A program made the translations under genes and the position numbers. Below the pieces are notes generated by a model. The model was not told the DNA's origin. It saw only the letters and a program-made list of their open reading frames with translations, and ran no database searches. Shown in pieces: positions 1 through 9,815 of a stretch of 64,000 bases of DNA. The stretch is from NCBI GenBank assembly GCA_051003155.1, contig JBPCLO010000027.1, positions 37,014 through 101,013 on the forward strand. Reading direction: 5' to 3'. Every line of letters starts with the position of its first letter. The first letter of the stretch is position 1. This DNA is from Fimbriimonadales bacterium (GTDB lineage: Bacteria; Armatimonadota; Fimbriimonadia; Fimbriimonadales; ATM1).

Positions 1-2192
1 AAGGGCCGGTCGTCGAACAGTTGGAAACAGTTCGCGACCTTGCCCTGCTCTAGGTACTCCGTTTGGTCTTCGAGGGAGAGAATGCTCGTTATGTTCCCGT
101 GGGGATCGAACCGCACCGCCCAGGTGTCGTTTTCGATCCGCCTGGCCCGCGCGACAAGCCTCGATTTCGATACCGCCGCCTCAGTACGGAGGTCGCAAAT
201 CGCGACGTTGCCCAGGGCGCGCTCGGGAACAGGGAATATGATGTGTTTTTCTCCGAACTCCTCGATTTCCTGTACCGGTAGGCTTTCACCGTCGCTCTGC
301 AGGCTTTGTGAACCGGACTTCCCGGTCGCCGGCAACCGCCCTTCGGTGCTCACGTCGGCGAACTTGAAGAGCGCAATCGGCTTTTCCATTTCCGCAGTCG
401 CGCACGTCTCCGAGATGGAGGAGAGGCATTCCTGGGCAATGGCATTCGCCCGATCGACAACCTCCGCGTAATCGCAGTCGCTGTCGTCGTAAACCTCGCG
501 CACACTGCTGCCCGGAAGAATGTCGTGGAACTGATTCAGCAATACCAGCTTCCAGAGCCGCTCGATCTCTTTAGCCGGATAGCCCTTTGGAAACTCTTTG
601 CGAAGGACAGAAAGAAGTTCGATGTCCCTCATGAGAAATTCGCAATGCCGGTTAAGCTTCTTATTTGCGGCCTGGGTCGTGTAGGTCCCTCTGTGGGCTT
701 CCAGATACAGCTCGCCGGCCCATATCGGAAGATCGCGGCTTTTGTCTTTCGCCTCCTGAAAGAATTCGGAAGCCTTTCTGAACTGAATTTGTGGTAAGCC
801 AGGCGCGCGCGTTGCGCGTCTAAGAAATTCTATGTGCTCCGCAGTGGGTCCTCCGCCACCGTCTCCGTAGCCGTAAACGTACAGGCCGTGATCCGAGCGC
901 GCGGGATCGCGGTGGTCGGTCAAATGCTTTTTAAGCTCGATAGGAGTGCACATACCGCAGTAGGTATCTGCCGGGGGGAAGTGGCTCCATATCCGGCTGC
1001 CGTCGATTCCCTGCCACCAAAATGTGTTGTGCGGAAATTTATTGATCTGGTTCCAGGATATTTTCTGCGTTAGAAAGTAGTCTATGCCGAGTTTGTTCAG
1101 CATTTGCGGGATGGCCGCGGAATAACCGAAAACGTCCGGCAGCCACATATCCCTCGTCTCAACATCGAATTTTTCTTGGAAATACCTTTTGCCATAAAGA
1201 AACTGTCGCACCAGAGCCTCGCCGCCGGCCAAATTGGTGTCTGCCTCGACCCACATGGAGCCCAGCGGCTCCCACTGCCCGGCCACCACCTTTTCGCGGA
1301 CACGCTTAAAGAGCTCGGGATACTCGTTCTCCAGCCATTCATATTGCGACGCCTGGCTATGTACGAAAACGTACTCTGGATATCGATCCGCGAGCGCGAG
1401 CTGCGTCGACGTGGTGTGCGCCATCTTCTTCTTAGTGATTTGGATCGGCCAGAGCCACGCGGTGTCGAGGTGTGCGTGGCCCACTGGGGTGAGCGTGTGA
1501 TACCGATCGATACGGCGTGAAACCGCCCATTCTCGCAGGGCGCGGCGCGCTTCCTGCAAGGTTTCGCGGTTTTCCGGGTCGAATCGATTGGCGGCTTCGT
1601 TCAGCCCCCTCAAGACGTGTGCGCGCGCCACGTCGACCTCGTCGAAAGTCACGAGCAGCCCGTAGCAAAACTTGCAGTCCAAATAGAAGTCCCAAAGCTC
1701 CCGGTCGAAAACGCGCAGCGAGACATCGCCGACGGTAAAGGGCTTCGGCTCCGGCTCGAGTGGCCGGCCGTGGACCCGAACGGCAGGGTTGTCACCGTAT
1801 GCCTGGATCCAGATTTCGACGGCTTCACCGCCGCGCGCGACTGTCGCCACCGGATACGAGTCATGGGGCCCGTCGATCCCCCAACAGGGAGAGTCACCCT
1901 TCCAAATCGTCCTCTCGCCTCCGACCTCAAGCTTCGCAATGGCCTCCATGCCCGCCCACGAGGACGGAATCCTTCCGGATGCTTTGAACCAAACCGTGCG
2001 CCATGCGGGGCCCCATTTGAAGCCGGGTGCGACCGACACCCACTTACCCCTTGCGGCTTCCTTTCGGTTAGCGCTGGCCTCTGGACAGAACTCGAGTCGC
2101 AAGGGCGCCGACCCAACCTCCAACCGAGGCTCCAAAAACATGCGTATGAACTGTTCGATCCTCTTCTCGGTGAGTTCCCGGTGTTTGAGCAT
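1..2192 (-). CDS. alpha-mannosidase, glycoside hydrolase family 38 (3' end runs off the window)
   Basis: Absent from the ORF track (no stop inside the window). Manual minus-strand translation from ATG at 2192 (MLKHRELTEKRI...) gives GH38 motifs VGHAHLDTAWLWP, WEPLGSMWVEADTNLAGGEALVRQFLYG and LWKLVLLNQFHDILPGSS. Confidence 0.92.
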   Translation of the reverse strand, partial: MLKHRELTEKRIEQFIRMFLEPRLEVGSAPLRLEFCPEASANRKEAARGKWVSVAPGFKWGPAWRTVWFKASGRIPSSWAGMEAIAKLEVGGERTIWKGDSPCWGIDGPHDSYPVATVARGGEAVEIWIQAYGDNPAVRVHGRPLEPEPKPFTVGDVSLRVFDRELWDFYLDCKFCYGLLVTFDEVDVARAHVLRGLNEAANRFDPENRETLQEARRALREWAVSRRIDRYHTLTPVGHAHLDTAWLWPIQITKKKMAHTTSTQLALADRYPEYVFVHSQASQYEWLENEYPELFKRVREKVVAGQWEPLGSMWVEADTNLAGGEALVRQFLYGKRYFQEKFDVETRDMWLPDVFGYSAAIPQMLNKLGIDYFLTQKISWNQINKFPHNTFWWQGIDGSRIWSHFPPADTYCGMCTPIELKKHLTDHRDPARSDHGLYVYGYGDGGGGPTAEHIEFLRRATRAPGLPQIQFRKASEFFQEAKDKSRDLPIWAGELYLEAHRGTYTTQAANKKLNRHCEFLMRDIELLSVLRKEFPKGYPAKEIERLWKLVLLNQFHDILPGSSVREVYDDSDCDYAEVVDRANAIAQECLSSISETCATAEMEKPIALFKFADVSTEGRLPATGKSGSQSLQSDGESLPVQEIEEFGEKHIIFPVPERALGNVAICDLRTEAAVSKSRLVARARRIENDTWAVRFDPHGNITSILSLEDQTEYLEQGKVANCFQLFDDRP

Positions 2193-2266
2193 TTCGCAGG
2201 GCCGTTAGTCCGTCAGTTTAGACCAATCGCCCACCTAAGGAATCCTGTCGAGCGAAGTTTCATCTT

Positions 2267-2281
2267 TTATAGTACTATAAT
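2267..2281 (+). promoter_or_regulatory. 14-bp perfect palindrome TTATAGTACTATAA overlapping a TATAAT -10 box upstream of the dprA-like gene
   Basis: Palindrome at 2267-2280. TATAAT at 2276-2281 lies 5 nt before ATG 2287, in an AT-rich divergent intergenic region. Confidence 0.5.
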
Positions 2282-2286
2282 TATAT

Positions 2287-3153
2287 ATGCTGGAATTGAT
2301 GTGCCTGTTCGACAAATGGCCGGGCCGGCGGGTGCCCACTCTAAGTTCTCGCGAATTCACTATTGTCGCGCGGTGCTTAGCCCAGCACAGATCGGCGGGT
2401 GAGCGTGCGTACTGTCTTCGATCGGGAGGCCTTTGGGAAGCCGCCGCTCTCGTGGAGGATGCAGGCCTCCGTGCGAGCGCGTCGGGGGCGTTCCGGGATC
2501 GGCTGAGGGGCGGCTGGAAGCCCTTGCTCGCTTCCTCTCCCCTTATGCCGCCGCGCCTCCGGTCGTCGCTGGGCCATTCCTGCCCGCCGGTGCTGTGGCT
2601 TCGCGGTTCGGCAATGCGGCTCCGACAGCCAGGAGTCGGGATCGTCGGCAGCCGCACGCTCTCCGTGGACGAAGCCCGATTCGCATCCGAGGCGGGCGCA
2701 TTGCTCGCCCGGATGGGCGCCACCGTCTTTTCAGGAGGCGCCGCGGGGTCGGATTCATTCGGCGTTGCCGGGGCGGTGAGAGCAGGCGGTTACGGGGTTC
2801 ACTTCCTGCCGGGAGGCGAGCCGCGCAGATACCCCGAGGGCTGCCTCCTGAGCCGCTTCCCGGAGGCGCCCGAGTTCGACCGAATCGAGGCTCTCATCCG
2901 CAATCGGTGGATTTACGCTGCCTCGGATGCCGTCATCCTTGTTAGCAGCAGGTTCGGCCAAGGCGGAAGTTGGGCCGGGGCAATCTCCGCCCGCAGGTCA
3001 CGCGCGTCGCCGATCCTCGTATTTCGAGGCAAACAGCCGAGTTCGGGCAACGAGGTTCTGGCCAAGCTCGGAGCGACTTCCGTTTCCTCAATCGCCGAGC
3101 TCGAGGGAGCCTTGAGACCGTGCTTGGCGAAGCCTCTCGAGCTCGCAGTGTAG
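2287..3153 (+). CDS. dprA: DprA/Smf-family DNA-processing protein (divergent N-terminus)
   Basis: PPVLWLRG, VGIVGSR, VFSGGAAGSD, ALIRNRWIYAASDAV and GGSWAGA match the DprA Rossmann-like core. Confidence 0.75.
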   Translation: MLELMCLFDKWPGRRVPTLSSREFTIVARCLAQHRSAGERAYCLRSGGLWEAAALVEDAGLRASASGAFRDRLRGGWKPLLASSPLMPPRLRSSLGHSCPPVLWLRGSAMRLRQPGVGIVGSRTLSVDEARFASEAGALLARMGATVFSGGAAGSDSFGVAGAVRAGGYGVHFLPGGEPRRYPEGCLLSRFPEAPEFDRIEALIRNRWIYAASDAVILVSSRFGQGGSWAGAISARRSRASPILVFRGKQPSSGNEVLAKLGATSVSSIAELEGALRPCLAKPLELAV

Positions 3154-3203
3154 ACGCCAACCTCGCCGAGCGATTTCAGTCCCGCGGCGCGTCTAACAGT
3201 TCG

Positions 3204-4646
3204 ATGCTCGCCCTGGCCGCTGCTTCGTTGGCTCTTTCAATCCCTCAATTGGGCTGGCGCGCGGGCACTCCTGAGCCGATTCTGGAAGCCAGCCCGCGCT
3301 GGGTCGAACTGTATTGGAAAGCCTGGGAAAACGTCCAGGTGGCCACGGTGAAATCCGACGGTCCTCCCGGAATGCAGGGGCCGGGCTCGAAGCCGTTTCC
3401 GCACGGCGTTATTGCCGAAGGAGGGGCCGAGAATTACGACGGATCCCTTGCCGTAGCACTTTTTGGGCGCTGGGCATTTCGCGCCTGCGGGGCGGACGCG
3501 ACGATCAGGTGGGCGTTAGGAAAGGTTGACACATCCGGCAGGGTTTCGAACGCTGCCGGCAGCTTCGCCTGGGAGGCGCATGGTCCCCCGATTGCCGGTC
3601 TTGTTGCCTGGAGGCTATACCAGATCACCGGGGACAAGGCGAAACTCGAGCCATTGTTAGCCCCGCTTGTTCGGCGCCACGCCTATATCACCGCGCGGTA
3701 CACTGCCGAGCCCGAGCCCAAGCCGGACAACCCGAAAGACAAACCCAAGGTGCGACACTTCGTTGCGCCAGGCCTTTCGGTCATTCCGGGACCGGCACCC
3801 GAAGTTGAGCAATCCGCAGAGGCAGTCGGCCTCCTGCTGCAAGGGGCCGTTTTCCTGAGGAAAGTCGCCCGAACGCTCGGCGTCGGTAGGGCCGAGCGCG
3901 TGTACGAAGGGCTCGTCGAGCGCGGATCGGCGGATCTGGCGGCGATGTGGGATACCGACCTAAAGATGCTCACCGGCCGAAATGCGGAGGACGAGCCGTC
4001 GGAACGGCGCTCTTTGGTGCCGCTTTGGGGGCTGATCGGGGGTGAAGTCCCTGTAAGCGTTTCGCAAGCGGCCCTCGGAGCGCTACGCGACCCGAAGCTT
4101 TTCTACCGGCGGACGCTGTTCCCCCTTCTGCCGAAAACCGACCCGGTATACGACGGATCCGCTGGTGTCCGCCCCTTGTACTCGTACCTCACGCTGCGGT
4201 CGCTCATCGACTGCGGTTTATCTGAGCAAGCGGGGCGGGCGGCGGAGTCGATGCTCAGCGTGTACGAAGGTGCCGCAGGATCGAGCCTGACACTTTTTGA
4301 CATGTACGGCCCCGAGACAAGGACGCCCGCCCCGCGGGCCAATCCACACTCCCTCGAAGCGGGCTTGATCGTGATCGCAGCCCTAATCGAAGCCGTTATC
4401 GGGATCGACGTCGACGCTTCCAAATCTGAGGTCCAGTGGAACATCCGGCGCGCGGACCGACACGGAATCGCCAACCTCCGCTTCGGCAATAACCTCGTCA
4501 CCTTGAGATGCGGGCCGCGCCAAACGTCCGGGGACTTGCCGACTGTGTCCATAGACTGCGAACGGCCGTTCACGCTCTCGATCGCGTGGGGATCGCAGAA
4601 GGCAAAGAAGCGGTTCCCTGAAGGCAGGCATCAGTGGACTCCGTAG
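3204..4646 (+). CDS. secreted MGH1/GH63-like (alpha/alpha)6 glycoside-hydrolase-fold protein, catalytic motifs degenerate
   Basis: Signal-peptide-like MLALAAASLAL. LYWKAWE, PPIAGLVAWRLYQITGDK and C-terminal RHGIANLRFG resemble MGH1-like hydrolases. Start moved to ATG 3204. Confidence 0.6.
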   Translation: MLALAAASLALSIPQLGWRAGTPEPILEASPRWVELYWKAWENVQVATVKSDGPPGMQGPGSKPFPHGVIAEGGAENYDGSLAVALFGRWAFRACGADATIRWALGKVDTSGRVSNAAGSFAWEAHGPPIAGLVAWRLYQITGDKAKLEPLLAPLVRRHAYITARYTAEPEPKPDNPKDKPKVRHFVAPGLSVIPGPAPEVEQSAEAVGLLLQGAVFLRKVARTLGVGRAERVYEGLVERGSADLAAMWDTDLKMLTGRNAEDEPSERRSLVPLWGLIGGEVPVSVSQAALGALRDPKLFYRRTLFPLLPKTDPVYDGSAGVRPLYSYLTLRSLIDCGLSEQAGRAAESMLSVYEGAAGSSLTLFDMYGPETRTPAPRANPHSLEAGLIVIAALIEAVIGIDVDASKSEVQWNIRRADRHGIANLRFGNNLVTLRCGPRQTSGDLPTVSIDCERPFTLSIAWGSQKAKKRFPEGRHQWTP

Positions 4647-4650
4647 AGGC

Positions 4651-5628
4651 CTACGATAGAAACGGCACCGGCTCGCCTATCCCAGCGCTCCGATATCCCG
4701 CCATGGCGAAGCGCGCTGCCAGCAAGCCGTCTTCCAGGCTCACTGGAGGATGCACGTCTTCCTCTACACACTTGATAAAAGCGGCCACCACCGCGGAGTC
4801 AAGGTCGCTTGCAAAAGAGGCAACGGAGCCCCTCATCGCGTTGTTGGAATACACGTCGAAGGCCTGAGCGAACATGTCCAACTGGATGACCCCATTATCT
4901 CCGACCACGCTCAGCTTGACGTCACCCCACGTCTTGTACGAGGACGGGCGTGACCAACTCGCGTCGATCGTTGCAAAAATGCCGCTCGGAAATTTCACGT
5001 GCAGCATCGCCGTGTCCTCCCAGCTCTGACCGTAAAGCAAGTTCGCCGTTTGCGCGTAAACCTCCGCGGGTTCCTCGCGCAAGAGGTCGCGTAGAAGGTC
5101 GGCCACGTGAACGGTATGGTCCATCATCGCGCCGCCCCCGGACTTGTCTTCTTCGACGAACCAGCCGAACGGACACGTACCGTGGTTGGTGGCATTGATC
5201 GCGAGGATGTTCCCGATATCGCCGTTCGCGATTCGCTCTTTGAGACGTGCGTAGGCGGGGCTGAAGCGGCACGGGAACGCGGTCATTACCTTGACGCCGG
5301 CGGTACCCTCCGCCATCATCGTGGCCTCCTCTTCGGTAGCTACGAGCGGCTTTTCGCAAAGAATATGCTTCCCCTTCGCGGCCGCGGCTTTGGCCAAGTT
5401 GACGTGCCGTTTGTTTTCGCTGGTGATGATCACAGCGTCGGCCCTCTCGAGAGCCTCCGACCGATCGGCGAAGAACGGAACGCCAAACCGTGAGGCGAAC
5501 TCACGTCCACGCGCCGAGTCGTCGTCCCAAACTCCAACAAACTCGCAGCCGGGATTGCTCAAAACGCCGTACGCGTAACCGAAACTGTGCATGTGTGCGG
5601 TGGAGAGGATGGCGACACGAACCGGCAT
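4651..5628 (-). CDS. Gfo/Idh/MocA family oxidoreductase
   Basis: HILCEKPL, AFPCRF and SGGGAMMDHTVH motifs. Confidence 0.9.
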   Translation of the reverse strand: MPVRVAILSTAHMHSFGYAYGVLSNPGCEFVGVWDDDSARGREFASRFGVPFFADRSEALERADAVIITSENKRHVNLAKAAAAKGKHILCEKPLVATEEEATMMAEGTAGVKVMTAFPCRFSPAYARLKERIANGDIGNILAINATNHGTCPFGWFVEEDKSGGGAMMDHTVHVADLLRDLLREEPAEVYAQTANLLYGQSWEDTAMLHVKFPSGIFATIDASWSRPSSYKTWGDVKLSVVGDNGVIQLDMFAQAFDVYSNNAMRGSVASFASDLDSAVVAAFIKCVEEDVHPPVSLEDGLLAARFAMAGYRSAGIGEPVPFLS

Positions 5629-5663
5629 ACCCGATAGTTTGCCGCAGGCCAAGGACTTCTTGC

Positions 5664-6473
5664 TCAGAAGCTATCGACGAGAAACCGTTCGAGCTCGCGC
5701 TTCGCGATGAGGATGCCCGGACGCCGCATCGCACCCGACCACGTCTCGCTGTGAGGCTCGATGCTGATTACGCCCTTGTACCGCTTCTTGTACAGGATGC
5801 CGATCAGCTTGCCCCAATCGAAGTCTCCCTGCCCCGCCATGGGCTCGTCGACCACCCTGTCCCCGACCTTCAGCACCTCCTTCGCGTGGAAGTGGATCAC
5901 GTGCTCTCCGTAGTCGGCGAGGTGGGCATACGGGTCGTCGCCCGCGTTGTAAGGGTGCGACGGATCGAATTTGATCCCGATCCCCGGCAGCTGTTTCAGC
6001 ACTACGTCCCAGGCAGCCGGGCCGGTAACGCAGTTCGCCCATGGGCAGTTGTAGAAGCAAACCCTCACGTTCCTCTCTTCCGCATATTCTGGGATTCCCT
6101 TGTAGATCGCGACCACGTCTTTCAATTTCGCGTCCAATTGATCGCCCTCGCGATCGCCACCGCCCGTCATCACGATTGGACAGTGCAGATGGGCTGCGTA
6201 GTCGATCGTATGCTTGAGCCTGCGTAGCGCCTCATCGCGCTTAGCAGCGTCCTTGCTGATGAAATCTTGCCCCCAGCAGCCCAAGGCGCAAGCATGCACC
6301 AGATGCTGGCGCAGCCAAAGATGCATCTGGGTCGCTTGGGGGAAGCTGTCGTCAAAGTCGACGTGGTAGTTGTACTCGACATTAGGTAGGCCGTTTCCCT
6401 GGGCCCACTTGATGTCGCTTTCGTCGTGCTCAGCGATAAAGCCTAGCCTGATCGGCGCCTCGAGATGCTGCAT
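5664..6473 (-). CDS. sugar phosphate isomerase/epimerase (xylose-isomerase-like TIM barrel)
   Basis: KFDPSH, HFHAKE, GQGDFDW and ISIEPH motifs. Confidence 0.85.
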   Translation of the reverse strand: MQHLEAPIRLGFIAEHDESDIKWAQGNGLPNVEYNYHVDFDDSFPQATQMHLWLRQHLVHACALGCWGQDFISKDAAKRDEALRRLKHTIDYAAHLHCPIVMTGGGDREGDQLDAKLKDVVAIYKGIPEYAEERNVRVCFYNCPWANCVTGPAAWDVVLKQLPGIGIKFDPSHPYNAGDDPYAHLADYGEHVIHFHAKEVLKVGDRVVDEPMAGQGDFDWGKLIGILYKKRYKGVISIEPHSETWSGAMRRPGILIAKRELERFLVDSF

Positions 6474-6509
6474 GGCGTTACGATTCGGCGGAGAATCTCT
6501 TTTTCCTTG

Positions 6510-8243
6510 CTACACGCTCGATGACTGCGCCGACTCCGGAATCGGTAGCAGGATCGTGAACCGGGCGCCTTTGCCCTCCTCGCCGCTCTCGTACAGCTTA
6601 CCGCCATGTGCGTCGATGATCCCCTTTACAATGGAAAGCCCCAGTCCCATGCCGCGTGGGCGCGAAGACTTGTAGGGCATAAAAATCGACTCTTTGCTTC
6701 CCGTGGCAACACCCGGACCCTGGTCTTCCACCTCGATGAGAACATGCTCAAGTCCCCGCGGGTCCCACTTTGCGCGGCGAAGATCTTCGGGCGTCGCGAC
6801 GCGAGTTCTGAGCGCGATTTCGCCACGCTCCACGAAATGGAGCGCGTTCTCGACGAGCTCCGAGATGGCTCTTTCGATTTTCTTGGGGTCAAATTTGAAG
6901 CTGTCTATGTTGCCGGCGAGATCGAGCTTTAGCTTTACAGGGCTGGTTTCCGGGATCAGCGCATTGGCCGCATCCCTGGCCACTGCGTTGATGTCGGCAA
7001 CTTCTTCGTTCAGTTTGGTTGCGGTTACAAAATCGCGAAACTCATGCAGGATTTCATCGAGCCGTCCAATTCCTTTTTCAAGGCTTTCCGTAATATTCGC
7101 AATGCTATTCCGCGCAAGCTCCGGTTTGCTCAAAAGATGTTTCAGCTCGTTTAAGTCGCCTTTAAGTGCAAAGACGCGATTGCCTATCATATGCGAGCTT
7201 TTCGCACTTAATTCCCCCCAGGCGGCCATTCTCTCGCTGTTAATCAATTTTCTCATTCCGCGCAATTTCTGCAAGCCGGCTCCCAACTGTTCAGCGATTG
7301 CCATGAGCAGCCTCTCGTCGCCCTCGGTAAAGCGGTTGTCGATAAACGGATTGCTGGCCTTTTTCCGCAATGCCCGCATGCAGCCCAAAGCAGTTCCGCC
7401 GCTCGTGATCGGCACCGCAAGAAAGGACTTAATCTCTTCCCGCGGAAACTCGAGAAATCTGCCTCGCCAGCGCGGGTCCTTCGACGGGTCGGAGAGGCGC
7501 ACTGGTTCGCAGTGCTCGCAAACCCATCCAGTACAACCCTCCCCGGCTAAATATTGGGCTTCAGGAGCGAGGGTCGACGAGCCGACAGTATCGTTAAGGA
7601 CGAACGCTTGCGCCCTTTCATCCCAAAGGAAGATCGAATAGGCACTGACCCGGAGCACTTTCTGCGTGACGGACGCCACTCGCTTGAGAAGGTCCTCCTC
7701 GGTTTTGGCCTGGTCGAGGGCGGTGACGATCTGAAAGAGAGCCTCTTCCGTAATGCGCGAGTCTTCGCGATCCAGGACGATTCCCGCGATAACGGCGAGG
7801 AGCTCGAGATTCTCCTTGTCCAGATCGTCGAATTTCGCCGTCTCATCAGACTCCGCATTCAGAACACCACGCATTCGCGCGTCCGCGTCCCGGATCGGCG
7901 AGGCCAGCTCGCTGCGCGTCCCCTCGATCAGCCGCCTATACCTGCTCTCGACCCGAACGTCGCTGCTCAAATACGAAGTCCCTGTGGCGGCCACGTATGC
8001 GGTAATGCCTTCGTTCTGCTCGTCGCCGATGTTGATCTGCTCGCCGAGAAGGTTAGGGCTCCAATCCTCCCCGATGCCCGCGCGCAGAGTCATGTAGCCT
8101 TGCTCCGCGTTGAAGTCCGCGATCATCGCGTTACGCGCGCCCGTCATCGTCACCGCGTTCTCGCACACGGTGTAAAGGGTCGTGGCGTCGTGCGACAGCG
8201 ATACCTGCTCTAAAAGTTTGCGCAACTGCACGACGGTGTCCAC
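6510..8243 (-). CDS. cytoplasmic double-GAF sensor histidine kinase
   Basis: Two GAF-like segments (GITAYVAATG..SELASPI; GCTGWV..SFLAVPI), an H-box SSHMIGN and an HATPase domain (ELVENAL, DQGPG, GMGLGL). Confidence 0.9.
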   Translation of the reverse strand: MDTVVQLRKLLEQVSLSHDATTLYTVCENAVTMTGARNAMIADFNAEQGYMTLRAGIGEDWSPNLLGEQINIGDEQNEGITAYVAATGTSYLSSDVRVESRYRRLIEGTRSELASPIRDADARMRGVLNAESDETAKFDDLDKENLELLAVIAGIVLDREDSRITEEALFQIVTALDQAKTEEDLLKRVASVTQKVLRVSAYSIFLWDERAQAFVLNDTVGSSTLAPEAQYLAGEGCTGWVCEHCEPVRLSDPSKDPRWRGRFLEFPREEIKSFLAVPITSGGTALGCMRALRKKASNPFIDNRFTEGDERLLMAIAEQLGAGLQKLRGMRKLINSERMAAWGELSAKSSHMIGNRVFALKGDLNELKHLLSKPELARNSIANITESLEKGIGRLDEILHEFRDFVTATKLNEEVADINAVARDAANALIPETSPVKLKLDLAGNIDSFKFDPKKIERAISELVENALHFVERGEIALRTRVATPEDLRRAKWDPRGLEHVLIEVEDQGPGVATGSKESIFMPYKSSRPRGMGLGLSIVKGIIDAHGGKLYESGEEGKGARFTILLPIPESAQSSSV

Positions 8244-8382
8244 CGCGAGATTATGACCTCCGGCGGAGACTCTCGCACCTCCGGAACCGTCTTGGAGACG
8301 CTTGTTGTCACGCCTCCGCGATCGTGCGACAGCATGGGCGCGTGTAACCTAGCCATCTCTTCGAATCGGCGTATAGTTAGGC

Positions 8383-9498
8383 ATGAGGAGAGTTGCGGGC
8401 TTCGTTCTGTTTGGATTGTTTGGCGTCGGCCTGGCGCAATACAAGGTCGAGGTCCTGCATCCCGACGGCGTCGGGCCGAGATCCTTCGGCATGGGAGCGG
8501 GCGGTGGGCAGCAGGTGGGGCATACGAACCTTTTTCAGATTGGCCCCAGCCACGCGCTGCTCTGGTCGGGATCGCAGGAGAGCTTCATCTACTTGCATCC
8601 CGCCGGCTGGGACGGGTCGTATGCGATGGGCGTATCGGGCGGCAAGCAGATCGGCTACCGTGAGAGGAGCTCCGGCCAAGGTCGCGGGCAGTTCGCGACC
8701 CTTTGGTCCGGCTCGGCGAAGAGCTGGGTGGACTTGCACGACGACCGGTACATCGAAACGAACGGTCTTGGGATCGGCGGAGATCAGCAGGTCGGCTTTG
8801 GCGCGATCAACCAAGAGGACGTGCACGCGCCCATGTGGCTCGGCACAGCGAAGTCCCTCGTAAGTTTGCATCCTGGCAATGAGTTCGAGGCGAGCAGAGC
8901 GTACGACACCGACGGCAAGCAGCAGGTTGGCGGCGCCGCGACTAGAGTCTTCTCCCACGCAGCGCTGTGGACCGGCACAGCGGAGAGCTACGTGGACCTG
9001 GGACCGAAAGGGTATGGGACTAGCGTAGCTCATGGAGTGGCCAAGGGCCAGCAAGCAGGTTGGGCGGCTTTCGATGGGAACGCGCACGCCGGCATTTGGC
9101 GAGGAACCGCGGAGTCGTTCGTCGACTTGAATCCTGGACCCAACGATCAGGTTGGTTCGATAGCATTCGCAACGAACGGCGAGACACAGGTGGGAGTTGC
9201 CGCTGGGCTACTGATCGGCGGCTTCCATGCTTCTTTGTGGCACGGGAGTCCAGAGACGTTCCCGGACCTGCATACTTTTCTCCCCGAGCGATTCCAAGGA
9301 AAGGGAGCCGAGTCGGAAGCAAGGGGAATCGACGAATTCGGCCATATCGTCGGGTGGGCGCGAGACACCAACACGCAGGCCGCGCAAGCGATTCTTTGGA
9401 CGCCGGTGCCAGAGCCAGCTTCCGGCACCATTCTATTGACATCCCTCGTTCTGTTGCTGGCTAGAAGAAGCGGGGGAACCCAGACGAAGACGCCCTAG
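8383..9498 (+). CDS. PEP-CTERM-sorted surface protein with HAF-like extracellular repeats
   Basis: Signal peptide; repeated QQVG...HA.LW.G.AES.VDL.P units; C-terminal VPEPASG + hydrophobic helix + RR. Confidence 0.85.
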   Translation: MRRVAGFVLFGLFGVGLAQYKVEVLHPDGVGPRSFGMGAGGGQQVGHTNLFQIGPSHALLWSGSQESFIYLHPAGWDGSYAMGVSGGKQIGYRERSSGQGRGQFATLWSGSAKSWVDLHDDRYIETNGLGIGGDQQVGFGAINQEDVHAPMWLGTAKSLVSLHPGNEFEASRAYDTDGKQQVGGAATRVFSHAALWTGTAESYVDLGPKGYGTSVAHGVAKGQQAGWAAFDGNAHAGIWRGTAESFVDLNPGPNDQVGSIAFATNGETQVGVAAGLLIGGFHASLWHGSPETFPDLHTFLPERFQGKGAESEARGIDEFGHIVGWARDTNTQAAQAILWTPVPEPASGTILLTSLVLLLARRSGGTQTKTP

Positions 9499-9633
9499 AT
9501 CTGGGAATTCGACCCCGCGGATACCGGCCAGATGGCCCACCGGATCGCGCGTTGGCTCAACTGCAGCGAACCCGGCCCTTGGAGCGACACCGTCAGCGCA
9601 ACTATGCCCTGGGTAGAGAACACTTCGAGTGAC

Positions 9634-9689
9634 GAAGAGCGGCAGTAACCCGAAAGAGCCGCCAGCATTTCGGGTACACTGCCGTCTTC
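9634..9689. other. long intergenic stem-loop
   Basis: GAAGAGCGGCAGTAACCCGAAA ... TTTCGGGTACACTGCCGTCTTC forms a roughly 20-bp imperfect inverted repeat, followed by TTT. Confidence 0.5.
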
Positions 9690-9815
9690 TTTCGGGGGAA
9701 CCCAGAATGACCATTCGTTTCGCTTGAGCTAAAAAACACCGGCCACTTCGATCGCGCGGCCTTTCGCCCGCCGGTTCGGCCGTACTAGCTCCTCCTTTCA
9801 GCCTTTCGTGCCTGT

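Noticed and set aside
40..2402. Multiple short plus-strand ORFs in the track
   Set aside because: Shadows of the minus-strand GH38 alpha-mannosidase.
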